A DNA stretch of 64,000 bases from Felis catus (Eukaryota): assembly GCF_018350175.1 (NCBI RefSeq), contig NC_058368.1, forward strand, positions 118,050,001 through 118,114,000, in the 5' to 3' direction. A program made the position numbers and the translations under genes. The notes under the pieces are model-generated. The model saw only the letters and a program-made list of their open reading frames with translations, was not told the DNA's origin and made no database searches. Every line of letters begins with the position of its first letter. Within the stretch, counting starts at the first letter, position 1. Positions 36,985-48,960 of this stretch are shown here, in pieces.

Positions 36985-37614
36985 AAGATTTTATTTTTTA
37001 AAGTAATCTCTGTGTTCAGAAAATCTGTGAATTGTCAGATTCCGTTTAGTGAGTTCCTTATCTGCTTGAGTTTGCCAGACTTGCTTTCTTCTCTCTGCAA
37101 CTGAGAATGCGGATTGATATATATACCATCTGGATGTTGTGGGCACTTCAGACTTAATGGGTCCCAAAAAGGACTCATTACCTTCCTTCAGATACCTACA
37201 TCATCTTACTCTGAATCTCAAACACTGTTCCTCACTATTGACTAGAGTTGTGTAATTTCAAGCCAGAGAGTCATTTTTAAGTTCTTTTTCCTATTCCCCC
37301 AGCCCTGTGGCGTTTACCAAACATGGGTCTGCCTCCTCTGGTGTTGCTCACAGGCTTCTCTGCCACTCCCTTCCCCAGGTTCTGTTGTGTTTTGCCTTGA
37401 TCACAGACAGCCTCAGATCCCATCTTTTTTCCTGCCGTTCTCCGGGCAGAAAGCAGAGGACGGCCAACGCGCTTTCTAAGGCCTGAAATGAGGGCAAAGC
37501 AGAAGAGAAACAGAGGTAGATGAAGGCAGATCCAAACCCATGAAATTCATGCCTTGGTTGGGAGAGAAAAGAAACTTGTTTTAAAGGTTTGAAGGGAGAA
37601 AGAGTACAAAATAC

Positions 37615-38250
37615 CATTGATCCTCATTATTCATAGATTCTATAGTTATAATTTTGCCTACTTGCTAAAATTTATTTGTAACCTGAAAATCGGTACCGGT
37701 GATGCTTTTGTGGTCCTTTGTGGACATGCTCAGAGTGGCACAAGTTTGAGTCTCATGGCGTGTACTTTCCTAGCTGAAGTGGATGACAGTGACACTCTGC
37801 CTTGTAGTTTGAGCCCTTATACTGTAAGCAAGCGTCTTTTTCACAGTCTGTTTTGTGCCACATTTTTTTGTGCTCTTTGTTGGTGATTTTCCTATTTGAA
37901 ATAGCCCCCAGGCAGGGTGCTGTAGTGCTGTCTAGCGTTCTCAAGTGCAAGAAGGCTGTGATGTGCCTTATGGAGAAAATACAAATATCAGATAAGCTTC
38001 CTTCTGCCATCAGTTACAATGCCCCTAACCATGGGTTCAGTGTTCACGGATCAACAATACATATAAAATAGGATCTTTGAACAGAAATACACATAAAACA
38101 AGGTTAGTTAGGCATCGCTCAATTGATGAAAATGGTGCGACCAGAGGCTCGCCGGAAGTTAACCCTGTATTTCCCCCCTAGGAGCTGTGATTCAGCGTTT
38201 GCAAATTCAGTGTCTGTGGTGACTTTATAGAACAAAAGTCTGATGAGTAG
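37615..38250. mobile_element. MER82-type Tigger (Tc1/mariner) non-autonomous element, near full length
   Basis: End GATCCTCATTATTC; + strand frame 37853-38071 contains APRQGAVVLSSVLKCKKAVMCLMEKIQISDKL, resembling a Tigger transposase N-terminus. Confidence 0.85.
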
Positions 38251-38347
38251 TGACTCCCATTCAGCCTCTTGATCCTTAACAGTGCTTGATACGGCAAAGG
38301 GAAAGTGGCTTCACGGTACCCCCAAGTTAGCCCTCCTGGGAAATGAT

Positions 38348-38861
38348 TGTACCAGTAAAGATTCAACCAGAGAAGCAAAACCAGCAAGAGGTGTCTAGTC
38401 TAAAAGATGTGTTACAAGGAATTGACTTACATAATTTCGGAGGTTGGCTGAGTGAACCCAAAATCTATAGAGCAACCTATCAGGAAGAGAAGATCACAAG
38501 GCAGCTGGAACCCATGCACATGGCAGGAGCTGTTATCCATAGACAGTCAGGAAGAGAAATCCAGTGAAGGGAAAGCATTTGTATATCCAGAAGCTGTTGG
38601 GATCTCTTTTGTCAGGAAAAGCTCAGTGTCTTTTAAGGGCTCACCTGGTTAGGTTAGACCCACTGAAGATAATTTTCCTGGTTTCATGTCAACTGATGAG
38701 AGCCTTTATGGTCACATCTGTAAAATCCTTTCAGAGAAGCACCTATGTTAGTGTTTGATTTACTAACTGGTGGAAGGAGTCTGTATGCTATAAAATAGCT
38801 CTGCCCTCTTCTTTCCTTGTCATTTAGTCTAGCTAGGTTGACCCATCTGAAGACCATCACA
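38348..38861 (-). mobile_element. MLT2-type ERVL LTR
   Basis: CCAGAGAAGCAAAACCAG..AAGGAATTGACTTAC..GTCAACTGAT..TAGTGTTTGAT..GTTGAC..ACCATCACA. Confidence 0.8.
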
Positions 38862-38884
38862 ATGAGGCATCAAATGTAGGGTTT

Positions 38885-39110
38885 CTTTCTTTCTTTAAAA
38901 AAATTTTTTTAATGTTTAGTTTTGAGAGAGAGAATGAATGAATGAGCGAGCAGGGGAGGGGCAGAGAGAGAGGGAGACACAGAATGTGAAACAGGCTCCA
39001 GGCTCTGAGCTGTCAGCACAGAGCCCAATGTGGGCCTTGAACCTACCAGCTACAAGATCATGACCTGAGCTGAAGTCAGACGCTTAATTGACTGAGCCAT
39101 CCAGGTGCCC
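38885..39110 (-). mobile_element. CanSINE
   Basis: Full body. Confidence 0.95.
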
Positions 39111-39123
39111 TTCATAGGTAGGG

Positions 39124-39349
39124 TTTTGTTTTGTTTTGTTTTTTTTAAGTTTATTTATTTTGAAAGAAAGAGACAGAGAGCAAGTGAGCAGGGTAGGGGC
39201 AGAGAGAGAAGGAGAAAGAAAATCCTAAGCAGGCTCTGCTCTGTGAGTGCAGAGCCCAATGTGGAGCTTGATCTCATGACCTGTGAGATCATGACCTGAG
39301 CTGAGATCAAGAGTTGGACGTTCAACCACCTGAGCCGCTCAGGCACCCC
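39124..39349 (-). mobile_element. CanSINE
   Basis: Full body; CAAATGTAG flanks the tandem pair (38871, 39351). Confidence 0.95.
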
Positions 39350-39565
39350 TCAAATGTAGTTTTTACTGCAACTTACTTCTAGGAGTTAGATGGTTTTATT
39401 GGGCTATCTTCCAACCAATCCACATTTCATTTAAGTCCTCCCTCTTTTCTAGGTGTAAGTGTACTTAGAGTCAGTACTTTGACCATCCTTATTTCACAAG
39501 TGGAGACGCTGAAGCACAGAGAAGTTAACTGACTCATTTAAATGATGGGGCCAGACGCTGTGCTC

Positions 39566-39775
39566 TTTTTTTTTTTTAAGTTTATTTATTTTGGGAGAGA
39601 GAGAGAGACACACACAGAGCATGAGTGGGAGAGGTGCAGAGAGAGAGAATCCCATGCAGGTTCCATGCTTTTAGCGCTGAGCTGGACATGGGGCTCAACC
39701 TCACGAACCTTGAGATCATGACCTGAGCTGAAATCAAGAGTCAGCTGCTCAACCGACTGAGCCACCACAGCACCC
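39566..39775 (-). mobile_element. CanSINE inside an antisense MIR
   Basis: Full body; CTGTGCTCTT on both flanks. Confidence 0.95.
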
Positions 39776-40229
39776 TTAGAGTCTGTGCTCTTAATCTTCC
39801 TCTTGTGCTAAGTCTCACTGTCGCACTGCAAGGAGTCATTTCTACTCTAGACTCCTGCGTGTTTAGGGAAGGCAGGGTCTCTACAAGGACCACAGGGATC
39901 TGGTGAGCATGGGTTGTCTGGTAGCAGAGGGGCATACTCTCCTGTTGGGGACATTAGTGTCCCTTGCAAGTGCCGGAACCTTAGACCTTAGTTCCAGAGT
40001 TCTGGTCCTTCTGGCCCTTCTCCTGGGGCATGTGTCATCCAGAGTCCTTTGAACCATCTTAACTCTGTGAGTCATACAGATTTCCCATTTGCCCCACACT
40101 TAGGCCTTATTATGCAGAAACTCTCAGATTAGTTTCCTGTGGCTTCAACTAAATCTCCTGGCCTGGGTTAGACCTTCCCACAGAAGGTTCCCACAGAACT
40201 TTTCTGTTAGACTCTGGGCCCCCTTCCCC

Positions 40230-40370
40230 CATTTATTCACTCATGCATCCAAGCCACCAACGAGTAAATGAGAATTTACTTCGTGCCAGGCACCTTGCAA
40301 GGTACTGGGGATATAGCTTTTAATAGGACAGACAAGCCCTTGGTGACTTCAAAATGATTACATTCCCAGG
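40230..40370 (-). mobile_element. L2 3' end
   Basis: ATTTATTCACTCA..GTGCCAGGCAC..GGTACTGGGGATATAG. Confidence 0.7.
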
Positions 40371-40904
40371 TCCCAGAAATAAAGGCCTGGGAGTAGGATT
40401 GCCTGCTGAACAGGAAAGCTGGATCCAGTGGGCCTTGCGTACTGCCTTTCTTCCTTTTTTAGCAGATATTTATAAGTATGTGTGTTTTTCTTATATAGGT
40501 GAACACATTAAAATAGTTTTACATCATTAAAAGCCCCTCTTCATCATCCTCATCCCTTTTCTCCCTTCCCTACTCCTATTCTCTACCCCACAGGTGACCC
40601 TTATACATTTATTGCATATCTTTCCAGATATTTCTTCCATGCATTTATAAATAAATGTGAATATATTGTGTTTGAAAGTACTTATAGTTGTATACAATAG
40701 TTATTCCAGAAGTGCTTATTGGTGCATAGATGGATGAATGAATCCATTTTCACATGTGTTTCACCCTGGTTTCCTTGCTCGCCTCCCTGATTTCTGAACC
40801 CTTCCTGGTCAGAGGGGCTAGGCAGATGAGGGGACCAAAGGCTCTGGATTCTTGGTTTCCCCTTGAACTACATTAACTGGATGTGGACATAAGAGCTGGC
40901 TATC

Positions 40905-41281
40905 TGTGTTAACCAGTTCAACCTGCCACAACACAACACAACACCGCAGGATGGGTGACTTAAACAAGAGAAATTTGTTTTTTACAGTTCTGAAGGCTGG
41001 GCATTTTAAACCAAGGTGCTAGCATGATGGGTTTCTGGGGGGAGCTCTCCTCCTGGCTTACAGATACCACCTTCTGGTTGTGTCCTCACATGGGGGGGAG
41101 AGAAGAGATTGGGAGTTCTCTTTCTCTTCTCACAAGGCCATAGTCCTGTTGGATTAGGACCCCACTCTTAGGGTCTCACCTCACCTTTCTTACCTCCTAA
41201 AGACCCTGTCTCCAGATAAAGTCACACTGGGATAGAACTTCAACGTATGGATGTTGGGGGACCAATATTCGGTCCCTAGCA
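40905..41281 (-). mobile_element. MLT1B/A-type MaLR solo LTR
   Basis: GACTTAAACAA..ACAGTTCTGAAGGCTGG..GTGTCCTCACATGG..GGATTAGGACCC..AAAGACCCTGTCTCCA. Confidence 0.9.
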
Positions 41282-42374
41282 CTGTCCATGATGTCTTTAC
41301 GTGCCTCAGGGCCACCACGTACAGAGCTGGGCTGCTCTAGTGCTCCTGGTTCAGGGTTCTGCCCCCACTGGGCATGCTGTAAGATGTTGATTGACTCATG
41401 CATTTCTTAGAGTAGAACTACTTGCCCTGGGACCTGGGGGAAGCTGAGGGCCTCCCAGTGGCTTCCATCCCTAGCATTCCATTTGAATGAGTGGAAATTT
41501 CAACCACGACTTTGTGAATGGTTCCAGATGTGCCTGCTGGGGGAGAGCAAGAGGGCTTGGGGAGAGCGAGGTAGCTGGAAAGACAAGCTTCAAATTAAAG
41601 AGTTAAATTAAGTTTGGGGTGAGTGACAGCTGCCATCACCTAAGTGTTCAAGAAGGGGAGCAGTACCATTGGGAGATGCCTCAGCCTGTTAAAAATGCGG
41701 GGCTAGCCCTGTGCCATGATGAAACATTGGCATGCTAAAGCCACCTAATTAACCTCATCCCTCAGCTCAGATCTTGGTCAGTTTTAAAGGCTCAGAGGAC
41801 AGAGACAGATGCAAGAGAAGAAAATAGAGAGTCCACACAGGGTGACAGAGAAGAGAGAACAGTTCCCTGGGAGACTGAGGGCTAATTAGACTTTGGAAAG
41901 CGATTTCAAAGGAGAAACTGTCAAGTGCCCACAGAGAATCTGTCGTGGGGATTGTGAGTCACAGAGGATGGCTCTGAGACACGTTTCTGTAGTGGTTCAG
42001 ATGCTGGGATAAAAGACTAGGATGCAGGGTTTTAGGGGGATGGAGTGGATGAAATATTGGGGGGAAATGAACTTCTGGCTTGATGTGGCAAGAATGCTTA
42101 TAAGGCAAGCCAAAGGAAGAGTGTGTGATTCAGAAACGAAACGTCTGCTTGATGTAGGAGAACCATGTGGCAAATGAAACTGCAAAGTAAGAGTGGCAGA
42201 AATAGAAGGGTTGCTCAAGGACCAGGACTGGGAAGCTGGTGACCTGCTGTCAGGGTGGGTCGACATGCATCAGCCCTGAATGTGGACCTGGGGACAGTTG
42301 TTCAGCCTGAGGTGGTCATACCTGGTAGCTGCACTGGGGAAAATCACCATGTATCATCTGGCGGTACAAGAAGA

Positions 42375-42590
42375 AGCTACCAGAAGGGTTAAGAGTCTAG
42401 ATCTTGTGATCAGGCGAGCTCTAGCACTTCCTCTAGGCAAGTTGCAGTCTCTCTAAGCCTCAGTTTCCTCACCTGGAAAGGTGGGTAAAATAATAGTACC
42501 TACATAATAGGGCTGTTGAAAGGACTAAATGAGGAAATGCCTGGAAGAGGCTTTAGTTCGTGGTAAATGCTTAACAAGTATTAGGCATAA
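42375..42590 (+). mobile_element. MIR
   Basis: GCCTCAGTTTCCTCACCTG..ATAATAGTACCTAC..GGACTAAATGAG. Confidence 0.85.
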
Positions 42591-43310
42591 TCGTACCAGT
42601 TAGGCAATACGGTTTGTGTCCTTACGATAAGGACGTTTTTGCTTCCCTTTGTCAAGTCAGAAAGAATAGACACGTGAAGAAGGAAATAAATAGAACACAG
42701 GTGCAGTCAGATGGATTTCGGCCCAAGTCATGTCAGATGGAGCAGAAGAGAGTGCTTCAGCTATGGTCGAAGTGTTTATCAAGTTAGGAGTGGGAATTGA
42801 GTAACATGAGTATGAGTGGATTGAAAGGGAGGAAAAGAAAGTGGATTTTACATTCTTGTTACCCCAACTATCACTAGCCTGGGTAAAGCACCCACTATGA
42901 ACGTTGTGCCCCATTAGATGGGGGATTACGTGGAAATAGATGGACTGGCCCTTGCTTCTGTGGTCTTCACAGGGCAAGTTGCCATCAGCAAGTGAGTGTA
43001 GCAGTGATGGAACGATTAAACACCACACGCAGGCAGGAGCGCTGCCCCAGCAGGGGCCTGATTCTGTCTCGGTGAAGACCCACCACGTGGGGGACTCTAA
43101 ATATGTCTGACAGAATTTGAGTGTCCACTTCCTACATTGCACTGTTCTACGTGCTCTGTGAAATATGCAGCCTGATCTCCCATTTTAGCCCTGCATTTGG
43201 GAGAAGATGAGTGGAGAGAACATAGAGGAGGCTTTAATGAACATTCCAGGAGAGAAGGGATGAGCCCAAATTGGGGGGAGGAGAGTGGGATAGAACAAGA
43301 GAAGAGTTCC

Positions 43311-43999
43311 AGTCCAAGATGGCAACATAGGAAGACCCTGTGTGTCCAGGGACACACCAAATCTACACCTGTCTGTAGAACAATTCCTCCCGAAGGAGAA
43401 GTGGTAGCTGACTGAATCACTTCTGCAGAACCAAAGATAGACCACACAGAGGAGAACAGCAAGAGAGGCAGAGACTTGGTAATAAAGGGAACCCTACACC
43501 CCAGGCTATGAAGGATAGTACTGAAGGACCAGAGTGGTTTGTTGGCCCTGGGGCACAGAGAAAAAGCCTAGGTTTAAAAGGGCCACTAGAATATAAAGGA
43601 ACCAACTCTAGAATTCTGCCAAATGGAACTCTGTCCCGGACAGAGGGCAAGTGCAACAGTTCGTGTTCCCCATACACCTTGACAAGATGGACAGGAGCAG
43701 AGGACAAATTGGTAATTGCCGAAGGGGAGAGGGGAGGGGGATGGAGGATGGGCAAAATGGGTGATGGGGAGTGGAAGGAGGTACATGCTTCCAGTTAGGG
43801 AATGAATAAGTTGCGGGGATGAAAGGTACAGCGTAGGGAATAAGCTATGAGTGCTGTAATGGCGTTGTGGGGTGACAGATAGTAGCTACACTTGTAGCGA
43901 GCCTAGCATAACATGTAGAGGTGTCAAATCACTATATTGTATACCTAAAACTAACGTAACACTGTGTGTCAACTGTACTTCAACCAGAAAAAAAAAAAA
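43311..43999 (+). mobile_element. Carnivore L1: putative 5' end fused to 3'UTR, no ORF1/ORF2
   Basis: Starts with YY1 motif CAAGATGGC; from 43701 a carnivore L1 3'UTR (GGGCAAAATGGGTGA..GCTTCCAGTTA..AATCACTATATTGTATACCT..GTCAACTGTACTTCAA) then poly-A. Confidence 0.75.
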
Positions 44000-44145
44000 G
44001 ATCCAGATACAAGGGATATTGTACTGATAGATAACATACGACTCAGCGAGTATGTGGAAGAAAGGGAAAGAACGCAAGGGCTTTGAACTTTAGTGACCAT
44101 AAAGTCCTATGAGCACCAATGGGGGGCACCGGAGGAACTTGGACC

Positions 44146-44290
44146 AGTGGCCATCACATTTTAGTGTTTGAGACCCACTAGAGAGCTTAATACTGCAGAT
44201 TCCTAGGGTATACCCACACCTACTGAATGTGAATTTCTGGGGTGGGCCAGAAATCTGCCTTTATAGCAGATCCCCCTTGGGAAATGCTGG
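44146..44290. mobile_element. MER5-type hAT MITE
   Basis: GCAGATTCCTAGGG..ACCTACTGAAT..CTGGGGTGGGCCAGAAATCTG. Confidence 0.65.
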
Positions 44291-46200
44291 ATTAGAGAAA
44301 ACAAACATCTCAGCCCGGCCCTCCAGAAAGCTGGGGCTGAGGCAAGGGCTGTGGTACTAATACTTTATCAGGGAGGTGAAATCCCGAGATGGTGACAGTG
44401 ATGTAGGAAAGCTGTAATAGGGTACGCTGATGTTTTTGTGTTGGCTACCATTTCAGAATAAGCTATGAAAATCAAGCAGATCCCTCCACGTGTGGGTTTG
44501 CTCCACACGGTTTGCATGGAGGGATAACACCTCAGCATAGTTGGAGGGTGAAGGAAATGGGGGAATCTGGCTTTCTCCCCACGCTGCCCTGACACCTGTT
44601 TTCCACTGGGAAAATTCACTCCAGCGGGAGCTCAGTTCCCTGCCTTTCAGGGTTGTGGCTGTTGGCCCTTTGGTGACTTCTCTGGAAGCCAGTCCCCATA
44701 CTTCTGGTACGCTAGTGTCAACCGGGGTGGGTGGGATGCTGACTTGGAAAGAAAGCAAGAAGGCAGCAGTTGAGGACATGTGAGAAGGCATGCAGATTTG
44801 TCCCTCAGTGGACCCAAGAAGTCAGGCTGGCAAAGGTTTCCAGTCCCCCACAGTGGGGGGACACAGTTCAGAAACTGGATATTAAAAGAAAGATTTGTAA
44901 GGAAATTATCTAAATAGAGTTATGTTCACACTGGTAATAAGAGCAAAAGCCTAGACTTTGTATCCATAAAGTAAATGTCTTTAAGTCCTTTTTTTATTTG
45001 CATTTCTTGTCCCAGGAAAACTTCCGGTAGAAGACACTGATGATGAAATGACACGTGTGAGCAGTTGCAGGGTGTTGCAAACAGGAGGCTGCATAAATTC
45101 AAGGTATCACCTGTTTAGTTTATACTCCTGACTTAACTTTCTGCCTTCCCAGGCCAGAGGTCTAATAAAAGGTTTCACTCGGGCTAGAGAGCAAATGTGT
45201 TTGTGAATCTCATCCAGAATCCCACAGCTTTTCCTCCAAAGACCTGTAAGTTCCTGAGACACTCTAAAAGGAGTATAAAAATAATAATTGTAATTCTTGA
45301 GTGCTGCCAGTGGTATACTGGGTTCCAGAGAGTAATAACCTTGTGTAACGCTTACGTGAAGCTTTCCATCTGTGTGTTGCCAGAACTTGGCTACCATTAC
45401 AACGCTGGCAAATGGCATTAATCTGTCATAGAAACAGGAGAATTTAGTTGCAGGAGTTTAAATAACTGACCATGTCCTATAAGGAGCTGACAGCAAATAG
45501 ACAATCAGACTTATTTAACACTATCATCCTGAACCATTTAAAAATATTTCAGGGGGCTGTTGAGATACGATTCTGGGAAGAAACATCTCTTGATAGTGGC
45601 AGAGATGTTGATAACTCATTTGTGGAGAGTCAATATTAGTTGGCGTGTGTGCGTGTGTTCTGGGGGCCGGGTGTAAAAATTGGTAGCTGTTTTTAAACAT
45701 GGCTGATGGGCTTGTGAGGGAAGGTGGTGGATGGGTGAGGGTTGGTCGATAACTCATGGTTTGAGGTAGAAGTTCAAGGATGGAGAAGCCAATGATCTGT
45801 GGGTTATTAAGTGCCTGTAGGCAATGTAAGTTTGAAGTGACAAGTAAGAAAAAGGTGTTGAGCAACGAAAAGGGCAGAACAGGGAACAGGGAAGAAGAAG
45901 AAGTGAAAGGCAAAAAAGGAGAGAAGAAAGGAGGGAAAAATGGAGAGAGATTGAGACTGTGATTATTGTAGGAAGTGAACATAATCCATCAGCAAATTTA
46001 ATGCAAGAGATATTTGCCACACAAAAGGAACCGTTATTGGTGACTGGATACGTAATATTCATTCAGAAGGGTTTTATCGAACAGTTACGTACATGACATT
46101 GAGACACCAATGGGAAGAAGGGTTTGTCTCTTGTTTACTGTGTGACGTCTTTCTTCCCTAAGTCTTCAGACACATACCTGTTTAGAAAAAGAAAGTCAGA

Positions 46201-46425
46201 GGGGCACCTGGGTGGCTCAGTCGGTTGGGCATCCGACTTCGGCTCAGGTCATGATCTCACCGTCTGTGGGTTCGAGCCCCGCATTGGGCTCTGTGCTGAC
46301 GGCTTGGAGCCCCGAGCCTGCTTCGAATTCTGTGTCTCCCTCTTGCTTTGCCCCTACCCCACTCAAGCTCTGTCTCTGTCTCTCTCAAAAATAAATAAAT
46401 ATTAAAAAAAAAAAAAAAAAACAAA
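46201..46425 (+). mobile_element. CanSINE
   Basis: Full body; AAAGTCAG on both flanks. Confidence 0.97.
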
Positions 46426-46611
46426 AAGTCAGCAAAGATGGTTGAACAGAATGCTTTGTCCACAAGGTTTCTTCTAGCTCTAGAATTCTTTGATTCTGGA
46501 CCACGATCCCTGGGGCTCCATGGTGTCTGTAGCAAGTGTGTGCTTTACAGGCTGGATCCCTATAGGGTTGGACAGTTGTTGTTTTTACTTCCTGCCCCTC
46601 CATCTTATTTC

Positions 46612-47140
46612 TATTAGATAGGATTATTTCAGTTACAGATTGATAGAAAGTGTAACCAAAGGCAACTTAAACATAAAAGTAATTTATTGGCTCACAATAC
46701 TGAGAAATCATGAGTGGATGCATTCAGGAGTGGCTTAATTCAGGACCTCAAATGCCATCACAGTGTTCCGATTTCCCTCTTTTTATCGGTTTTGCTTTCC
46801 CTGGATTGACTCCACTTTCACATCTATTCTTCCCCGTGGGATCACGATGACTGCCACAACTTCATACTCATCACCTTTCAGTCCCAAACCTGGGTAGGGA
46901 ACATGTCTACCCAACTGAGTTCCCATACACATCCTGGAAATCATGCTGATTGCACTGGTTTAGGTCTAATGCCCATCCTTGAACCAAACATTGTGGCCAA
47001 AGGGATTAAATTGTGCTGATTGGTTAGGAATGGGCCACATGCTCCTCCCTGCCAGAGCCTTGTGGTCTAGGGAGCTGGGGACAGTGTAACCGGGAGATGG
47101 GGGAATGCATTCTGGGTAGCCAAAAATTAATACTGGGCTA
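46612..47140 (-). mobile_element. Old MaLR LTR (MLT1J/K-like)
   Basis: CTTAAACATAAAAGTAATTTATTGGCTCAC..TTCAGG..CCCATCCTTGAACCAA..TGTGGCCA. Confidence 0.75.
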
Positions 47141-48234
47141 CCCCAGGCTCAGTGAAACCTAGGAAGAGACCTGAGGTTCTGATCCAAAAAATCCAACAAG
47201 AAAAGGCCATGGGGGTGGGGGTCAGGGGCAAGAAAGAATTCCAATCCACAGATGGCCCTGGGATTGAATGTGACATGTCCAGAGTGGCAGCTCACTGCCC
47301 CCTCAGGTTGCCCTTTGTTCCTTGGGCTGACCAAGGATTTTGTATAACCCTGGTACATAGTTACTTTCAGGAGATTACAGGGGGAAAATACTCCACTTCC
47401 TGTTTAGGATTACACTCTTAACCCTCCCCTCCCACGCAGGCCATATGTTCATTCTAAGCCTCAGCATCCAGCCAGAAAAGCCCTTTGTGTTTTCTTGGCA
47501 AAACTAGAGCCCAGTAATTAAAGTCCATATGCAAAGCTGCTACCTCCAGCCCACACCGAGGTCTTTTAATTAGTATGTAATTGGTCAGAGAGGTAGTATC
47601 AAATAGCTCCCAGTCTGGCTGGCTGCAAATGCCGTGTTTGAAAAGTCCCAGACCAGAGAGGGATAATAATAAATACTTTAAGTCCCATCTGTTGGAATGA
47701 TTTGTTTAAGGTATAAATTTCTGTTCTGTTACTATTTTTAACAATTCTGCTTATAGCGTTTCTTAAACTCTATAACAACTAGCAGCATATTCACTGGAGG
47801 TAGGAGTGTGAGTAAGTGAACCAGAAGAAGGCTTAGCAAATCTGTGTGTTTTTTGTGTTTTTTTTTCCCTCCTTTAAAGAAATTCATAACATGCAGTCGG
47901 GATAGGGAGGGAAAGAAGTGAGCTGGGCATTTGGTTTGAGTGGCTGGTCAGGAACTGGGGTTATGTCCTTTCACGAGAACAACTGTCAGGGAAGTCAGCC
48001 CATTAACAATCTGTGGTCTTTGAAGTGAGCAGTGCCCGGGTCTTTTAGTGTTACCCCCAAAGCACCGTGTGAGTTTTTCTCAGTGCGAGGAAGGACTTTG
48101 AATTCATCTTGGTAGACAAGGGTCATCAACTGTGAAGAAGCAAAGGGAGCAAGAAGCAGGGAGGCTGACCTTTCATTGACTTCTGGAAGCCATGTAGACT
48201 AGACTAGAGTAAAGCTGGAGTAATCATGATAATG

Positions 48235-48269
48235 GTAAATATTATTATTGCTGGTAGTAATAATGATAT

Positions 48270-48308
<39 letters not shown>

Positions 48309-48555
48309 TTGGCAGCCAGCATTTTACTCTGTGCTCACTATGCACCCAGGACTGTGCTCAATATTTTACATGATTGGTCTCATCTGATCTTCACCCTGAT
48401 CTGAGGTTGCAACTATTGTTCCCTCTGTTTTGTAGATGAGGAATCCAAGACTCTGATGGCTTGACTGACTTGCTGAAGGTCACCAGCTAGTAAGTGGCAG
48501 AGTCGGGGTTTGAACCCAAGTGGTCTGAGTCTAGAGCCTGGGCTTAGCATCATGC
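48235..48555 (-). mobile_element. MIR with (CAT)n at 48270-48308
   Basis: TTTTGTAGATGAGGAATCC..AAGGTCACCAGCTAGTAAGTGGCAGAGTCGGGGTTTGAACCCA. Confidence 0.9.
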
Positions 48556-48726
48556 TTGCTGTCTCCTCCCAAGCGTCACTCAGTGCCTTGGTTTTGCTTG
48601 AAGAGTATGTCAGGGAAGAAGGAAGACAGAAGGCAGATGGCTGAGCTTCTTCCTGGTTCTTTGTGTTCATTTAGCCTTTGGGGCACATGTATAGTCAAAA
48701 CTTGAGGTTTAGAAATGTAGGCAGCT

Positions 48727-48960
48727 GGGGTGCTTGGGTGGCTCAGTCCATTAAGCGCCCAGCTGCAGCACAGGTCATGATCTCACAGTTCGTGGATTTG
48801 AGCCCTGCGTCGGGCTCTGAGCTGACACCCCCCTGCCCGCCGCCCGAGCCTGGAGCCTGCTTTGGATTCTGTGTCTCCCTCTCTCTCTGCCCCTCCCCCA
48901 CTCACGCTCTGTCTCTTTCTCTCTCAAAATTAGACATTAAAAAGAAAAGAAAGAAAGAAA
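48727..48960 (+). mobile_element. CanSINE with internal C-rich insert
   Basis: Full body; TSD AGAAATG(T/C)AGGCAGCT. Confidence 0.95.

Noticed and set aside
41950..43250. Purine-rich stretch resembling a degraded CR1/L3 on the + strand
   Set aside because: I could not read diagnostic RT motifs, so it is too weak to call without an HMM search.
45036..45135. Possible C/D snoRNA (ATGATGA ... CTGA)
   Set aside because: No terminal stem or recognisable guide; the motifs are expected by chance.
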